Source: a virus (lineage: Duplodnaviria > Caudoviricetes). From it: a DNA stretch of 64,000 nucleotides. Location: IMG/VR virus record IMGVR_UViG_3300020308_000002, positions 1 through 64,000 of that record; one strand, given 5' to 3'. The position numbers and the translations under genes are program-made. Positions 42,745 through 52,419 of the stretch are shown one piece after another; within the stretch, counting starts at the first letter, position 1, and each line of letters starts with the position of its first letter. The notes under the pieces are model-generated. The model did no database searches and was not told the origin of the DNA. It saw only the letters and a program-made list of their open reading frames with translations.

Positions 42745-43344
42745 TCAACAGTCGTGATACCACTCCGCTAGATTTTCTCCTACTTCACCACCTTTTTTAG
42801 CTCCGAAAGCAGTAGCAAAGCCAGATGCAACCCAACCGATAATAGGTATGGAACTAACGGCAGGAGAGATATACTGAGTAGTTGCTGCAGCGCCAATCGC
42901 AGCCCCTGTTCCTTGACCTGCTCCAGATTTTTTGATGCAGGCGATTTGTTCTGCAGTAAGTTTTCCGTCTCCTGTTCCTTTGGTTTGAAAGATACCTGGT
43001 CCCATCATGTGCTGATGACCCTCCATTGTGTATTGCTCAAACTTGTAGATTTTCTTATCCTTGCTGGTACCACCAAACAAGCCAGTTTTGCCAGGGATAA
43101 TAACATCCTCCCTCATCTCCATGACTTTCGGATCATTCATTCGATGCGTGATACTGTAACCATCTTTACTAGCATCGATCGTGTACTGACTGTATTGTCC
43201 GACAGGTAGATCAAATTTAGGAAGTCCTGCTTCTTTGTTAGCAATTAAACTAATCATCCAAAGGTGAGACAGTCCAAAGGTTCCTGCAACTGCAATGACT
43301 GCGGTTTTTTGTAACCAATTATTATTTGTCAACGACATAATCAA
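42745..43344 (-). CDS. Cyanophage-type membrane protein with glycine zipper
   Basis: N-terminal TM segment; CIKKSGAGQGTGAAIGAA...IPIIGWVASG. Confidence 0.7.
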   Translation of the reverse strand: MIMSLTNNNWLQKTAVIAVAGTFGLSHLWMISLIANKEAGLPKFDLPVGQYSQYTIDASKDGYSITHRMNDPKVMEMREDVIIPGKTGLFGGTSKDKKIYKFEQYTMEGHQHMMGPGIFQTKGTGDGKLTAEQIACIKKSGAGQGTGAAIGAAATTQYISPAVSSIPIIGWVASGFATAFGAKKGGEVGENLAEWYHDC

Positions 43345-43413
43345 AAGTACTTTAAATAGATTTTAGAATAAGAAAGTTAATTTGCAATTCCCGAAATAAA
43401 CGGCATACTCTTT

Positions 43414-43629
43414 ATGCATGGTTTTAGACGAGAAACAGAAGTGCCTACTATCCCTGAACTGATCTTAACGACACCACTCGGCGGAACAGTCCATACCTAT
43501 CCAATTACTGGAGGTAAGACAACTTTTGTTCGCCACCTTGCATGTTACTTAGGATCCTGTCGATTCTGTAACGACTTAGAAGAAGCAACTAATCATTTAA
43601 AACAGGTAGAACCAATTGAAGAAAATTGA
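43414..43629 (+). CDS. Hypothetical protein
   Basis: ATG ORF; TTGCAA-N16-CATACT upstream. Confidence 0.6.
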   Translation: MHGFRRETEVPTIPELILTTPLGGTVHTYPITGGKTTFVRHLACYLGSCRFCNDLEEATNHLKQVEPIEEN

Positions 43630-45994
43630 ATTCAGCGTCCACCCAACGCTCAAAGATAAGCCAAGCCATTGGGCTGCGGCTTATGGAAAAAATTGGCGTC
43701 GTCAATCTGGCACGTTAAATGAATTAAAAGACCACGTCAGTCATGGCGGAGCATTCATTGCTTCTGCGATGATCTCTGGTCACAGGAATAGTGCCGCCTT
43801 TGATCATTCCGACTTAGCTGTTGTAGATATAGACAACGGTTTAACGTTAGAAGATTTCTTCAAGCATCCACTATCTAAATCTGCAGCTTGGGTTTACACC
43901 TCTGCCAGTCATAAGCCAGAACAAGGTAAAGATCGATTTCGTATTGTTTTTCAACTACCAGAAAGAGTTTCCGATGGGGAACTTTATAAATCCATTACAG
44001 GATTGCTGATCAGATCTTTAGGTGGTGATGCTAATTGCTCTGACTTATGTCGTGTATTCTATGGCAACAGTCGATCTTCTCATCCTCTTTGGCAACCTAA
44101 AGCAGAACTAACTCCAGAAATCATTAGTGATGCACAGAAAGCATCTGATTTACATAAATCGACTTATAATTCTCAATCAGCAAATGTAGATGAACACTCA
44201 ATTAACCTTGCTGCTTATTGTCTCGAGCACGTGTTGGATCCTACTTCCGATGGTGATAGAGACCAATTCTGTAATATCACCAGAGCAGCCAGCACTGGAG
44301 GAGACGCCTTGTTTTCCTACTGGTCAGACTGGGCATCTAGAGGACATCATGGAAAAGGAAAAAACTCATCCCAAACTTCAGAAAGATTTTTCAGAGGTTG
44401 GAGAGGACGTTCATTAGCTACCATCTTTTGGGTTGCCGATACTCAATCACCTGACTGGAGAAAATCTTTACCACCTGAGCTAAAAATAGCGACTGGAGAT
44501 TTTAAACTAGGAGTACATGGCAATGCCTTCGGTGGTTATGACCACGAAGATTTTTGCGGGGAAAGCGAAGCAAACCGATGGGATGATGAAACGGAAGAAA
44601 AAATACAAGGATTATTTGGCTCAGACAAGCCATGGTCACAAGTAGCAGTATTAACTAAGCCAAATGAGGAAAGTGAACCGGCTGAATCAGTTCTTCCAGA
44701 AGTAGCAGCTCCATTCGATCACGACGAACCAGATGAACCAGCTCCACCTAGGAGAAGAGGAGGAGGCAACGATGAAGATTTAGTTGAAAGAATTAAGGAT
44801 TTACTGAATGCTCATTACAACGGTCTAAGACTGAATTGCATGAGTCAACAGCTTGTCTACGGACCGCAAAATAATCCTCAAGAGATTCACGATGTTTCTC
44901 AATCTTATGTTTATATATCTAGAGGCCAAGGACAAATCTTCCCTAAAACTCTTGTCTTTGATTTAGCAGGAGTTATAGGTTATGAGAATCGTTACCATCC
45001 TGTAAAGTCATACCTTGAGCATTGTGCTGCTACCTCGGATATCTGTCCTTACTTCGACAAGATTGCTACTGAGCTATTAGGAGTACCAAAAGATAGTATT
45101 CAAAATCCAATCATGCCGTGTGGAAATCACTTGGCTGATGTCGTTATGAAGCGATTCTTGATTGGTGCGGTTGCTCGTGTACTAAATCCTGGATGTAGAC
45201 ATGACTGGATGCCAATCCTAATAGGTAGTCAAAACTGTGGTAAGACAACATTCTTCCAATACTTAACTCCTCCTGCTGTTAATGACCCCGGTAATTACCC
45301 TTGGGTCGTAACAATGCAGCAAGGAATTGAATATTTAAAAGAAAAACCTCATGCTTTACATGCTGGATGGTTTGTCATCATGGATGAATTTGAACGTTAC
45401 TGCAAAAGAAAATATTCAGAAGAATTAAAGAACCTTGTTTCTGTTTCAGTTGATAGATCTGCGAGGAAGTATGAGAATGAAAAATCTTATCCTCGTGCTT
45501 TTGTTTTAGGAGCAGCTACTAATAACTCTGATTTCCTCTGCGATCCAACAGGTAATCGTAGATTCATGCCAATCATTGTTGAAGGTAAGGTTCCCTCGAA
45601 AGACAACCCTGCTGTAAAGATTATTGATCTAGATCGCTTAAAGAAAGATCGTAACTCAATCTGGGCAGCAGCATATAAGGCATATCTTGATAACCCTGTG
45701 CATGTCTTCTCTAGTTATGAATTAAGTTTCATCTCCGATTATCAAGACTCTTTCACAAGGGATACTCCGATTGATTCGGTTGTTACTCGTGCATTAGAAA
45801 CTAATTCCAGTGGCTATCACGGCGACAAGTCTTACGTTGTATTGGCTGATTTGTTCGGATGGATAGATGTTAACGTTGCTCAACAAGGGCAAATGAACAC
45901 TCCTGTAACAGATTGTTTAAAAAGATTAGGTTATAAACCGAAAAGAATCAAAAGAAATAATAAAAGTCAGAGGGTTTGGATGAAAGATTCCTGA
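43616..45994 (+). CDS. Primase / PriCT-2 / VapE-family helicase fusion
   Basis: AVVDID and YTSASH (primase), WSDWAS (PriCT-2), Walker A GSQNCGKTT, Walker B VIMDE, DPTGNRRF. Confidence 0.88.
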   Translation: MKKIEFSVHPTLKDKPSHWAAAYGKNWRRQSGTLNELKDHVSHGGAFIASAMISGHRNSAAFDHSDLAVVDIDNGLTLEDFFKHPLSKSAAWVYTSASHKPEQGKDRFRIVFQLPERVSDGELYKSITGLLIRSLGGDANCSDLCRVFYGNSRSSHPLWQPKAELTPEIISDAQKASDLHKSTYNSQSANVDEHSINLAAYCLEHVLDPTSDGDRDQFCNITRAASTGGDALFSYWSDWASRGHHGKGKNSSQTSERFFRGWRGRSLATIFWVADTQSPDWRKSLPPELKIATGDFKLGVHGNAFGGYDHEDFCGESEANRWDDETEEKIQGLFGSDKPWSQVAVLTKPNEESEPAESVLPEVAAPFDHDEPDEPAPPRRRGGGNDEDLVERIKDLLNAHYNGLRLNCMSQQLVYGPQNNPQEIHDVSQSYVYISRGQGQIFPKTLVFDLAGVIGYENRYHPVKSYLEHCAATSDICPYFDKIATELLGVPKDSIQNPIMPCGNHLADVVMKRFLIGAVARVLNPGCRHDWMPILIGSQNCGKTTFFQYLTPPAVNDPGNYPWVVTMQQGIEYLKEKPHALHAGWFVIMDEFERYCKRKYSEELKNLVSVSVDRSARKYENEKSYPRAFVLGAATNNSDFLCDPTGNRRFMPIIVEGKVPSKDNPAVKIIDLDRLKKDRNSIWAAAYKAYLDNPVHVFSSYELSFISDYQDSFTRDTPIDSVVTRALETNSSGYHGDKSYVVLADLFGWIDVNVAQQGQMNTPVTDCLKRLGYKPKRIKRNNKSQRVWMKDS

Positions 45995-46028
45995 GATTCT
46001 CAAGACAAGACTAAGACAATCCAACTTC

Positions 46029-46064
46029 AAGACTGCTGATATAACTTAATCAGTGGTCTTTTTT
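46029..46064 (+). terminator. Rho-independent terminator after the primase-helicase
   Basis: AAGACTGCTGAT-ataactta-ATCAGTGGTCTT-TTTT. Confidence 0.8.
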
Positions 46065-46079
46065 ATTGAGCATTCACCA

Positions 46080-46310
46080 GCTTAGGTGCCAGGGTCTCTC
46101 CTTGTTCTTCCTTGTGCGGGAATAAGTCTTATTAAGAAGTACCAGGGGTGCCACCTTTCTACAAAACCTCTCTCGATTAAAAATAAAATTATTCACTTTT
46201 TTCTTCTCTTATTATTTACATATGTGAAGAAGTTAGTTATAAATAACAAGAAAGGAGAATATCTCTAAAAAAGTTTATAGACACCCTGTCACCCCCGGCA
46301 CCCTGGTTAC
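46080..46310. other. Candidate replication origin
   Basis: GC-rich inverted repeat ACCAGGGGTGCC (46141) / GGCACCCTGGT (46297) around an AT-rich core with an inner inverted repeat. Confidence 0.45.
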
Positions 46311-46315
46311 ATCCT

Positions 46316-46618
46316 ATGACTCATCCAATGTACAATACCGACCGCGCAATCGTGGATCGGCTATCATCAAAACCATTAGACGAGCTATCCGATGCAGACA
46401 TTGTCAATGCAGCACGACTTCTTATTCGTTATAACGGCATATCTGACGGTAAAGATATTCGAGGTGATATTGTCTTGGCGCTTCATAAGTGGAACAAGAC
46501 TCCCAATCAGCTTCACATTAAAGCAAGAGAAATCTGGCAAGGAGGCTGGAGACCAAGCGATCTCCTTAAAGACGAAGTAGGGTCAGGTGCTGACGTTATC
46601 TCAGGTTGCGGCTCTTAG
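46316..46618 (+). CDS. DUF3288 family protein
   Basis: HPMYNTDRAIVDRL...AARLLIRY...DI..DI...L.KW. Confidence 0.75.
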   Translation: MTHPMYNTDRAIVDRLSSKPLDELSDADIVNAARLLIRYNGISDGKDIRGDIVLALHKWNKTPNQLHIKAREIWQGGWRPSDLLKDEVGSGADVISGCGS

Positions 46619-46808
46619 TAAATAAAGTCTGAGTATCTACAGCATCCGCATCTGGCGGACCCATGGATTTGTATTCCAATTGTTGTTCTAAAAATTTAAT
46701 CTTGGCAGACTTTTCCTTTAATTCTTGTTGTAATTCTTCGATGTGATCTTGATAAACAGTAATCATACTTTTCAGTTGAGTAACTTCATTTTCTAGATCC
46801 CAGTCCAC
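46596..46808 (-). CDS. Small coiled-coil protein
   Basis: Heptad pattern. Confidence 0.6.
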   Translation of the reverse strand: MDWDLENEVTQLKSMITVYQDHIEELQQELKEKSAKIKFLEQQLEYKSMGPPDADAVDTQTLFTKSRNLR

Positions 46809-47030
46809 TCATCTACGCCCCTTAGATGAACTTTCCAGTTGTCTTAACCTCATTTCATGATCTTTGACATCTTCCTTTAAGATTATTATATCTTTGCCAA
46901 GTTCATTTCTTAATAATTGAACTTCATGGAGTATGGCTTCCATACCTCTTTTCATGCTTCCTTGAGTGAATGCCATGCGCCACAAAGCACTCGCAGTTGC
47001 AATTCCAATAACAGCGGTGACTTCTAGCAA
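46809..47030 (-). CDS. Small TM plus coiled-coil protein (holin-like architecture)
   Basis: N-terminal hydrophobic helix; DHEMRLRQLE tail. Confidence 0.5.
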   Translation of the reverse strand: MLEVTAVIGIATASALWRMAFTQGSMKRGMEAILHEVQLLRNELGKDIIILKEDVKDHEMRLRQLESSSKGRR

Positions 47031-47057
47031 GATAAAACCTCCTTACATCTTTATTCT

Positions 47058-47564
47058 ATGTCATCTTTAAGACCACCTCGATCTCCAAAAAGTTGGGATC
47101 AACGTTTTTTATACGCAGCAAGAATGTTTGCTAGTTGGTCAAAAGATCCTAGTACTAAAGTTGGTGCCGTAGCAGTACGTGATAGACGAATTCTAGTCGA
47201 AGGTTACAACGGTTTACCGAAAGGTATAACAGATTCTGACATAAGACTCAAGAATCGAGACACTCGCTTAAGTATGACAGTGCATGCTGAGATGAATTGT
47301 GTAGCTTTTGCGGCTCGTAATGGAGTGTGTTTAGCGGGAGCAACAATGTATGTTTGGCCTTTAATGACTTGTAGTCAGTGTGCATCGGTTCTAATTCAAG
47401 CAGACATCGCCTCTATTGTTGTCCCTGATTTTGTAGAACCTTTCAGATGGCAAGAATCATTCGACAAGGCAAGAGAAATGTGCGTAGAAGCAGGGATCGC
47501 AGTTCACCGCATCCCTATGGAAGGATCTGTAGATGGTATAGAAGAAGAACTTCCAACCGAGTAA
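47058..47564 (+). CDS. dCMP deaminase family protein
   Basis: SKDPSTKVGAV, GYNG, HAE, CxxC (TCSQC). Confidence 0.92.
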   Translation: MSSLRPPRSPKSWDQRFLYAARMFASWSKDPSTKVGAVAVRDRRILVEGYNGLPKGITDSDIRLKNRDTRLSMTVHAEMNCVAFAARNGVCLAGATMYVWPLMTCSQCASVLIQADIASIVVPDFVEPFRWQESFDKAREMCVEAGIAVHRIPMEGSVDGIEEELPTE

Positions 47565-47635
47565 AGGGTTGATAAAAATTTATCACTAGTTAGATTGACT
47601 ACCGTAGCTGGTAAGTGAATGACTACACGTTCTGA

Positions 47636-47860
47636 ATGGAAAAACTACAAATTGGACACAGAGTGAAACATAAGAATGACAACAGAGATGGTTTTGTAAT
47701 AGGTAACCCAACGAATGAATTGGTTCCTATAGCAATAGAAGGCAGTACTCGTAAGGAGCAATGGCCTATCTCTCTGATTCAAAAGAAACCTAAAAGACAA
47801 CAACTACCTTTGTTTGGTGGAACATTTAAACCACCCACTGGTTTTCCTCTGAATATTTAA
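47636..47860 (+). CDS. Small SH3-like protein
   Basis: LQIGHRVKH...GFVIG. Confidence 0.55.
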   Translation: MEKLQIGHRVKHKNDNRDGFVIGNPTNELVPIAIEGSTRKEQWPISLIQKKPKRQQLPLFGGTFKPPTGFPLNI

Positions 47861-47862
47861 CC

Positions 47863-48543
47863 ATGGCTCAATGGCCTTTACCGCCAAACCTACACAGTGA
47901 AATAGCAGGTGGACCTGTGTGTTTTCATGCGGATCATTCCATAGGATCGAAAGATGGATTGGTGCCTAGATATACAGATAGTCATGCTTGTGTCAAATGT
48001 ATTAGTGCTTTAACTGAAGGTCGCTTATCTTTAGATGTTCATAAAATAGAAAGAAAATATCGTCGACGTTTTTTAGAATTTTGGTCATTTGTTGAAATAA
48101 AAGATCCTGACGAATGCTGGCCTTGGAGGGGTAAGTATCATTCAAGATCTAACTCTAGTTATTTTCCTATCCCAAGGCATTGGGGATCAGGTAGACAATA
48201 TTCTGCTCAACGTGTTGCTGCTTGGTTTACTTGGGGAGACATCGGACGCCTGCCTATTAAAGCTGTGTGTGGAAATAATAATTGCTGTAACCCTTTACAT
48301 CTAAGAGTCAAAGGAGTTCCACACTTCTTTCACAATCGTCATATGCAATTAATTGACTTAGAGTTTAATTCCAATAAGTTGACTCATGAGACACAGCTAT
48401 TTTTAGAAACCACTTGCGATAAAGATCCTCGTCGTTTTGAAAAGATACAAAAAGCCAACCGATTATGGATTGATTTCAGACTTCAAGCCAGTGGTCCTCT
48501 AAGTCCTTTCACAATGGGAGAGAAGACTTTCTCGGACGATTAA
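47863..48543 (+). CDS. HNH / His-Me finger endonuclease-like protein
   Basis: DECWPWRG, CGNNNCCNPLHL. Confidence 0.7.
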   Translation: MAQWPLPPNLHSEIAGGPVCFHADHSIGSKDGLVPRYTDSHACVKCISALTEGRLSLDVHKIERKYRRRFLEFWSFVEIKDPDECWPWRGKYHSRSNSSYFPIPRHWGSGRQYSAQRVAAWFTWGDIGRLPIKAVCGNNNCCNPLHLRVKGVPHFFHNRHMQLIDLEFNSNKLTHETQLFLETTCDKDPRRFEKIQKANRLWIDFRLQASGPLSPFTMGEKTFSDD

Positions 48544-48576
48544 TATATAAGTATTGGTAATTAATCAACTACGATA

Positions 48577-49485
48577 ATGGCACCTAGATGGGATTGGTCA
48601 ACGCACTCTCCAAGTAAAGGAGGTATATCTGGCAATTATGGAGGTTATAGAGACAGCATTGGAGCCGACATATTAGCAGGCTATGGCGACGATGATACTT
48701 TTGATAGAAGCGAATTAAACACAATTACTAGTCGTTTATACGACATCAAAGGAGATGGCAGAGCTCCACATCGTGGTAATTATTTTGATGATGGAGCCGC
48801 CACTCAAGATGCAATCGCTCGCTTGATAACCACCAAAGGTATTAAGACTAGTGATGATATTCTCAAACAATATGGCTTAAGACAAGATCAAGCAACTGGA
48901 GATATTATTTCTAGTGCAGGATTTTCTAGTCATGCTTTTGGTGCTAGCCCAGGAAGTAATGCCACTTTTGCAGGCTACGGTTCTAAGGGTGACTTCGCAG
49001 GTTCACAATACAGTTACGACGATTTTGCTGAAGGAGAAGTACCTACATGGAGATACACGTATCAAGGAGACTGGACTCCCGCTACATCAGACCCTAAATT
49101 ACCAGATCCCATATTATCTGACGACCCTAAAGGAGATCCAACAGCTACTCAGCAACATTCAGATAATCAACAGGAATATCTTAAGTTCACTTATGGCGAT
49201 GATGATACTTCTATGAAGATCAAGCAAGGCTTTGATGATCCTGATATAAAAGCTGCATTACTAGGCGAATTCATGAAGCCTGAGAATTTAAATGCAGATG
49301 GTTCTTATAAATATGTCACACCTGGGCGTCGACTTGGAGTCGACTTAACCCCATCAGAACAAAGAGGATCAATACCTTATGTAAGTCCTGCTCAATACAT
49401 GAGCAATTTTATTAAAGCTCCACAACTAGGCAGTGCTTCCGACTTGGCATCTAGTTTAAAAAGCCTATCTGACTTGAAAGCTTAA
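48577..49485 (+). CDS. Gly/Asp-rich hypothetical protein
   Basis: 302-aa ATG ORF. Confidence 0.7.
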   Translation: MAPRWDWSTHSPSKGGISGNYGGYRDSIGADILAGYGDDDTFDRSELNTITSRLYDIKGDGRAPHRGNYFDDGAATQDAIARLITTKGIKTSDDILKQYGLRQDQATGDIISSAGFSSHAFGASPGSNATFAGYGSKGDFAGSQYSYDDFAEGEVPTWRYTYQGDWTPATSDPKLPDPILSDDPKGDPTATQQHSDNQQEYLKFTYGDDDTSMKIKQGFDDPDIKAALLGEFMKPENLNADGSYKYVTPGRRLGVDLTPSEQRGSIPYVSPAQYMSNFIKAPQLGSASDLASSLKSLSDLKA

Positions 49486-49526
49486 TAAATTGAATTAAAC
49501 TAAAAGATATAAATATATAAGACAAC

Positions 49527-50306
49527 ATGTCTTCATCTCTAGACGCATTAAAGAAAACACAATCTTGGACTAAAGATCCTGAATTTTCATCTTGGTTACA
49601 AGGTGTTTACAAAGAAGATCTTGGCAGAGATTTAGGAACAGAAGGTTTGGAATATTGGGGCGGAGATTACCGTGGTGAAGATAGTGGATACCATAAGGGA
49701 TCTGGCCTCACTACTGGAGGAACCAAAGCAACTAAACAGCAAATAAGGGATAATATTCGTCGTTCCGATGAATATGCAACTTACCAAGCAGGTAAAGGAA
49801 GTGATGACGATGACGATGACGATAATGGTGGCGGTGGAAATGGCGGTGGTGGAAATGGCGGTGGTGGAGATGATAGTGGCGGAGGAAGTAATGCCAATGT
49901 CAATGTAGGGGGATTCTCTGACACTCTTCCTGAGTATGAAATCAATAATGCGATGGATGCTGCAACTTCCTACGGCAACAGACTGGTTGACCACTACACC
50001 ATGAGATTTCTTCCTGAATGGAAAAAATCCACCAATCTAGCTATTGACGAAGGCACTGCTGGGCTTGGTTTTCATGCTAATAGAGCGTTTACTTTAGATG
50101 CAGATGGTAATCCTAAAGCAAGATTTGCTATACCAGAGGCAGAAGATCCTAAGGATATGTTTGACTATTACTATGACAAGCTTTACGGAGATAATAAAAC
50201 TGGCAACTCAGGTGTTACTATTGATGATTTAAATAAAAAAATTGATAGTTTAACCAAACAATTAAACGATGCAAAATTAATTTCTAACGCAAAGACTATC
50301 GTCTAA
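49527..50306 (+). CDS. Protein with DUF4214-like domain and Gly/Asp linker
   Basis: VYKEDLGRDLGTEGLEYW...IRRSDEY; GGGNG repeats. Confidence 0.6.
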   Translation: MSSSLDALKKTQSWTKDPEFSSWLQGVYKEDLGRDLGTEGLEYWGGDYRGEDSGYHKGSGLTTGGTKATKQQIRDNIRRSDEYATYQAGKGSDDDDDDDNGGGGNGGGGNGGGGDDSGGGSNANVNVGGFSDTLPEYEINNAMDAATSYGNRLVDHYTMRFLPEWKKSTNLAIDEGTAGLGFHANRAFTLDADGNPKARFAIPEAEDPKDMFDYYYDKLYGDNKTGNSGVTIDDLNKKIDSLTKQLNDAKLISNAKTIV

Positions 50307-50383
50307 GTGATAAAACTTAACTGATCAGCACTTGTGTTTTAGTTGCTAGGTATTAATATCGACGCGAATGTACTTAATAACCT

Positions 50384-51142
50384 GTGTTCAAAGTTTGCAC
50401 AATTGCGGCTACAGAAATGCCGCAAAAACTAGTTTGTAAAGCATTACTTACCTCTAAAGGAGATCATTTAGACGGTCTTACTTCGCCCTTTGAATTTGCA
50501 GATCAACCATTTGAATACTGGAATGACACAGATTGCGGTCAAGCCGTTACACAATATTATTCCATTCTCGGTCAAAAAGATCCTAACTATGGCTTATATA
50601 CTCCTTTTGATCACCCTTCGTTAACTCTTGACATAGAAGCAGATCATTACTCTTTGTTTCAGTTGATTGTGAAATCATCCGACATCACATTCAACTTAGA
50701 ACCATTGAAAAGCATTGCTAATGATATGAAGGAAGAAATAGTTGATTTTCCTCATAGCGAAAATAAAATTGAAGATTGGTTTTACGTAAGGCAACCAGGA
50801 AATTATCCAGACTTTTACCGCCATAGAAATCCATTCACTCCTGAACATCGAGAAGAACTGTTAGCAGCTTGTTCTTCTGCTGTGCATGAATATTCCCAAA
50901 GAAAAGACGCTCAAATAGATTGCGCTGAAAGACTTTTTCCTATGAATATATTGCAGAAGGCTACTGCTTCAGGTAGTCTGCGAACATGGCTACGTCTTTT
51001 AGACATTAATTCTAGGCCACACAACTCTTATGAGATGCAAAGTTTGATACAACTCATTGCTGACGAAGTATCTAAATGGACGCCACAAATCTATAGTTGG
51101 TGGTCTAACAACTATCGTTCTCAGCAATTCATATCTTTCTAG
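50384..51142 (+). CDS. ThyX-like protein lacking the RHR catalytic motif
   Basis: ThyX-like N-terminus (FKVCTIAAT..PQKLV) and C-terminus (AERLFP...SLRTWLRLLD...WTPQIYSWW); RHRxxS replaced by QLIVKSS. Confidence 0.6.
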   Translation: MFKVCTIAATEMPQKLVCKALLTSKGDHLDGLTSPFEFADQPFEYWNDTDCGQAVTQYYSILGQKDPNYGLYTPFDHPSLTLDIEADHYSLFQLIVKSSDITFNLEPLKSIANDMKEEIVDFPHSENKIEDWFYVRQPGNYPDFYRHRNPFTPEHREELLAACSSAVHEYSQRKDAQIDCAERLFPMNILQKATASGSLRTWLRLLDINSRPHNSYEMQSLIQLIADEVSKWTPQIYSWWSNNYRSQQFISF

Positions 51143-51144
51143 CT

Positions 51145-51357
51145 ATGAAAATTTTAGTAACAGCAGCTCAAATCCATGAAGCTTCGAGCGATGTATTAGA
51201 TGTATGTAATTGCACTGGTAAAATTTTGCCAGATTCTAAATATGCACAGATTCTTCCCTTAGTAAAAGAGTTAGAAGAATCATGCGATCAATTACTTGTA
51301 GACCTTCAGTTAGATTTTTTTCATGGCACGACCAAAGCCCATAGAGCTATTAGTTAA
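51145..51357 (+). CDS. Hypothetical protein
   Basis: Operon context. Confidence 0.6.
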   Translation: MKILVTAAQIHEASSDVLDVCNCTGKILPDSKYAQILPLVKELEESCDQLLVDLQLDFFHGTTKAHRAIS

Positions 51358-51778
51358 ATTCTTCCCAGAATTAACTGATAAGACATTAGCTTCTTCTAAT
51401 AAGGAAGCATCCAAAGAATTAAACGTTCGCATCTGCGAGGCGATTATTTCTGATCTAATAAATAAATATGACTCCTTACACAGCTATATGGGTGACGGAG
51501 CATTAATAGTTAAACTAGCCTCGCTGCATGGAAAACCAACAGTTCAAACACAGAATTTTATAAACAAGTTTTCATTAGAACAAGACTTAGCAGAAGCTAA
51601 GAAAAATGGAGACTCTACTGTAGAAGAATTTTTAAAAGACATACTTCAAAAAGTAAGCAAGATGAACCTCGCGGAAGAAATCTGTATTTTATTAATCGAT
51701 AATTCTGGAGGCTCTGCCGCAATATTACCTCGAGAAAATCCTGCAAAAAGAATTCAAGCGATGATGAATGATTTATAA
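51323..51778 (+). CDS. Hypothetical protein
   Basis: Operon context. Confidence 0.7.
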   Translation: MARPKPIELLVKFFPELTDKTLASSNKEASKELNVRICEAIISDLINKYDSLHSYMGDGALIVKLASLHGKPTVQTQNFINKFSLEQDLAEAKKNGDSTVEEFLKDILQKVSKMNLAEEICILLIDNSGGSAAILPRENPAKRIQAMMNDL

Positions 51779-51783
51779 ATTTT

Positions 51784-52419
51784 ATGATTACAAGATTACC
51801 TGAGCGACCTAATAAATGTGATCTTGCACCGCCTAAAGATGTTGTGCTTGGAGCTAAATCAGTTCTAGGTGCTATTGATTTCGATCCTTATTCGACTAAA
51901 GATATTAATAGATTAGTTAACGCTGCTCGTTTTATAGATAGAGATGAAGTTAGTTTAGAACAAATCATTTATCAAGATTGGGAATCCCCTGGCGATAAAA
52001 GAGTCTTTGTAGGAGCACCTACTGGAGCCGCTTTAACAAGACGTTTAATTAATAAAACACTAAAAGAATACAGAGCTGGTCGGATAGAACATGCTGTCCT
52101 TTGGTTAGCACATAACGAAGCAATTATCAGAGCCCCTTGGCTGTGGGACTTCCCTTTATGTATTCCTTTTACACGTTTAAGACCGACTTGGTGGGATGAC
52201 GAGTTAGAAGTGTTTAGACCTGTTGCCCCTTCTGATTGGTCAGCAGTTGTATATCTTCCGCCTCCACATCCAAGCAGTAGATTTCAAACAATGATTTCAA
52301 AATTTCATACTGCTTTTAGTCCTTTAGGACGCATTGTTTTTAATGAATACAGTGGTGAAACAGACTGGGAAAATTCATATAAAAGTACGAAAAAACATGC
52401 ATATAATTACAGGGAATAA
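51784..52419 (+). CDS. Phage N6-adenine methyltransferase-like protein with altered motif IV
   Basis: VLGAIDFDPYS (motif I-like); VFVGAPTG where NPPY is expected. Confidence 0.55.
   Translation: MITRLPERPNKCDLAPPKDVVLGAKSVLGAIDFDPYSTKDINRLVNAARFIDRDEVSLEQIIYQDWESPGDKRVFVGAPTGAALTRRLINKTLKEYRAGRIEHAVLWLAHNEAIIRAPWLWDFPLCIPFTRLRPTWWDDELEVFRPVAPSDWSAVVYLPPPHPSSRFQTMISKFHTAFSPLGRIVFNEYSGETDWENSYKSTKKHAYNYRE

Noticed and set aside
46086-46268. 60-aa GTG ORF
   Set aside because: Runs through inverted repeats and AT tracts; composition is not protein-like
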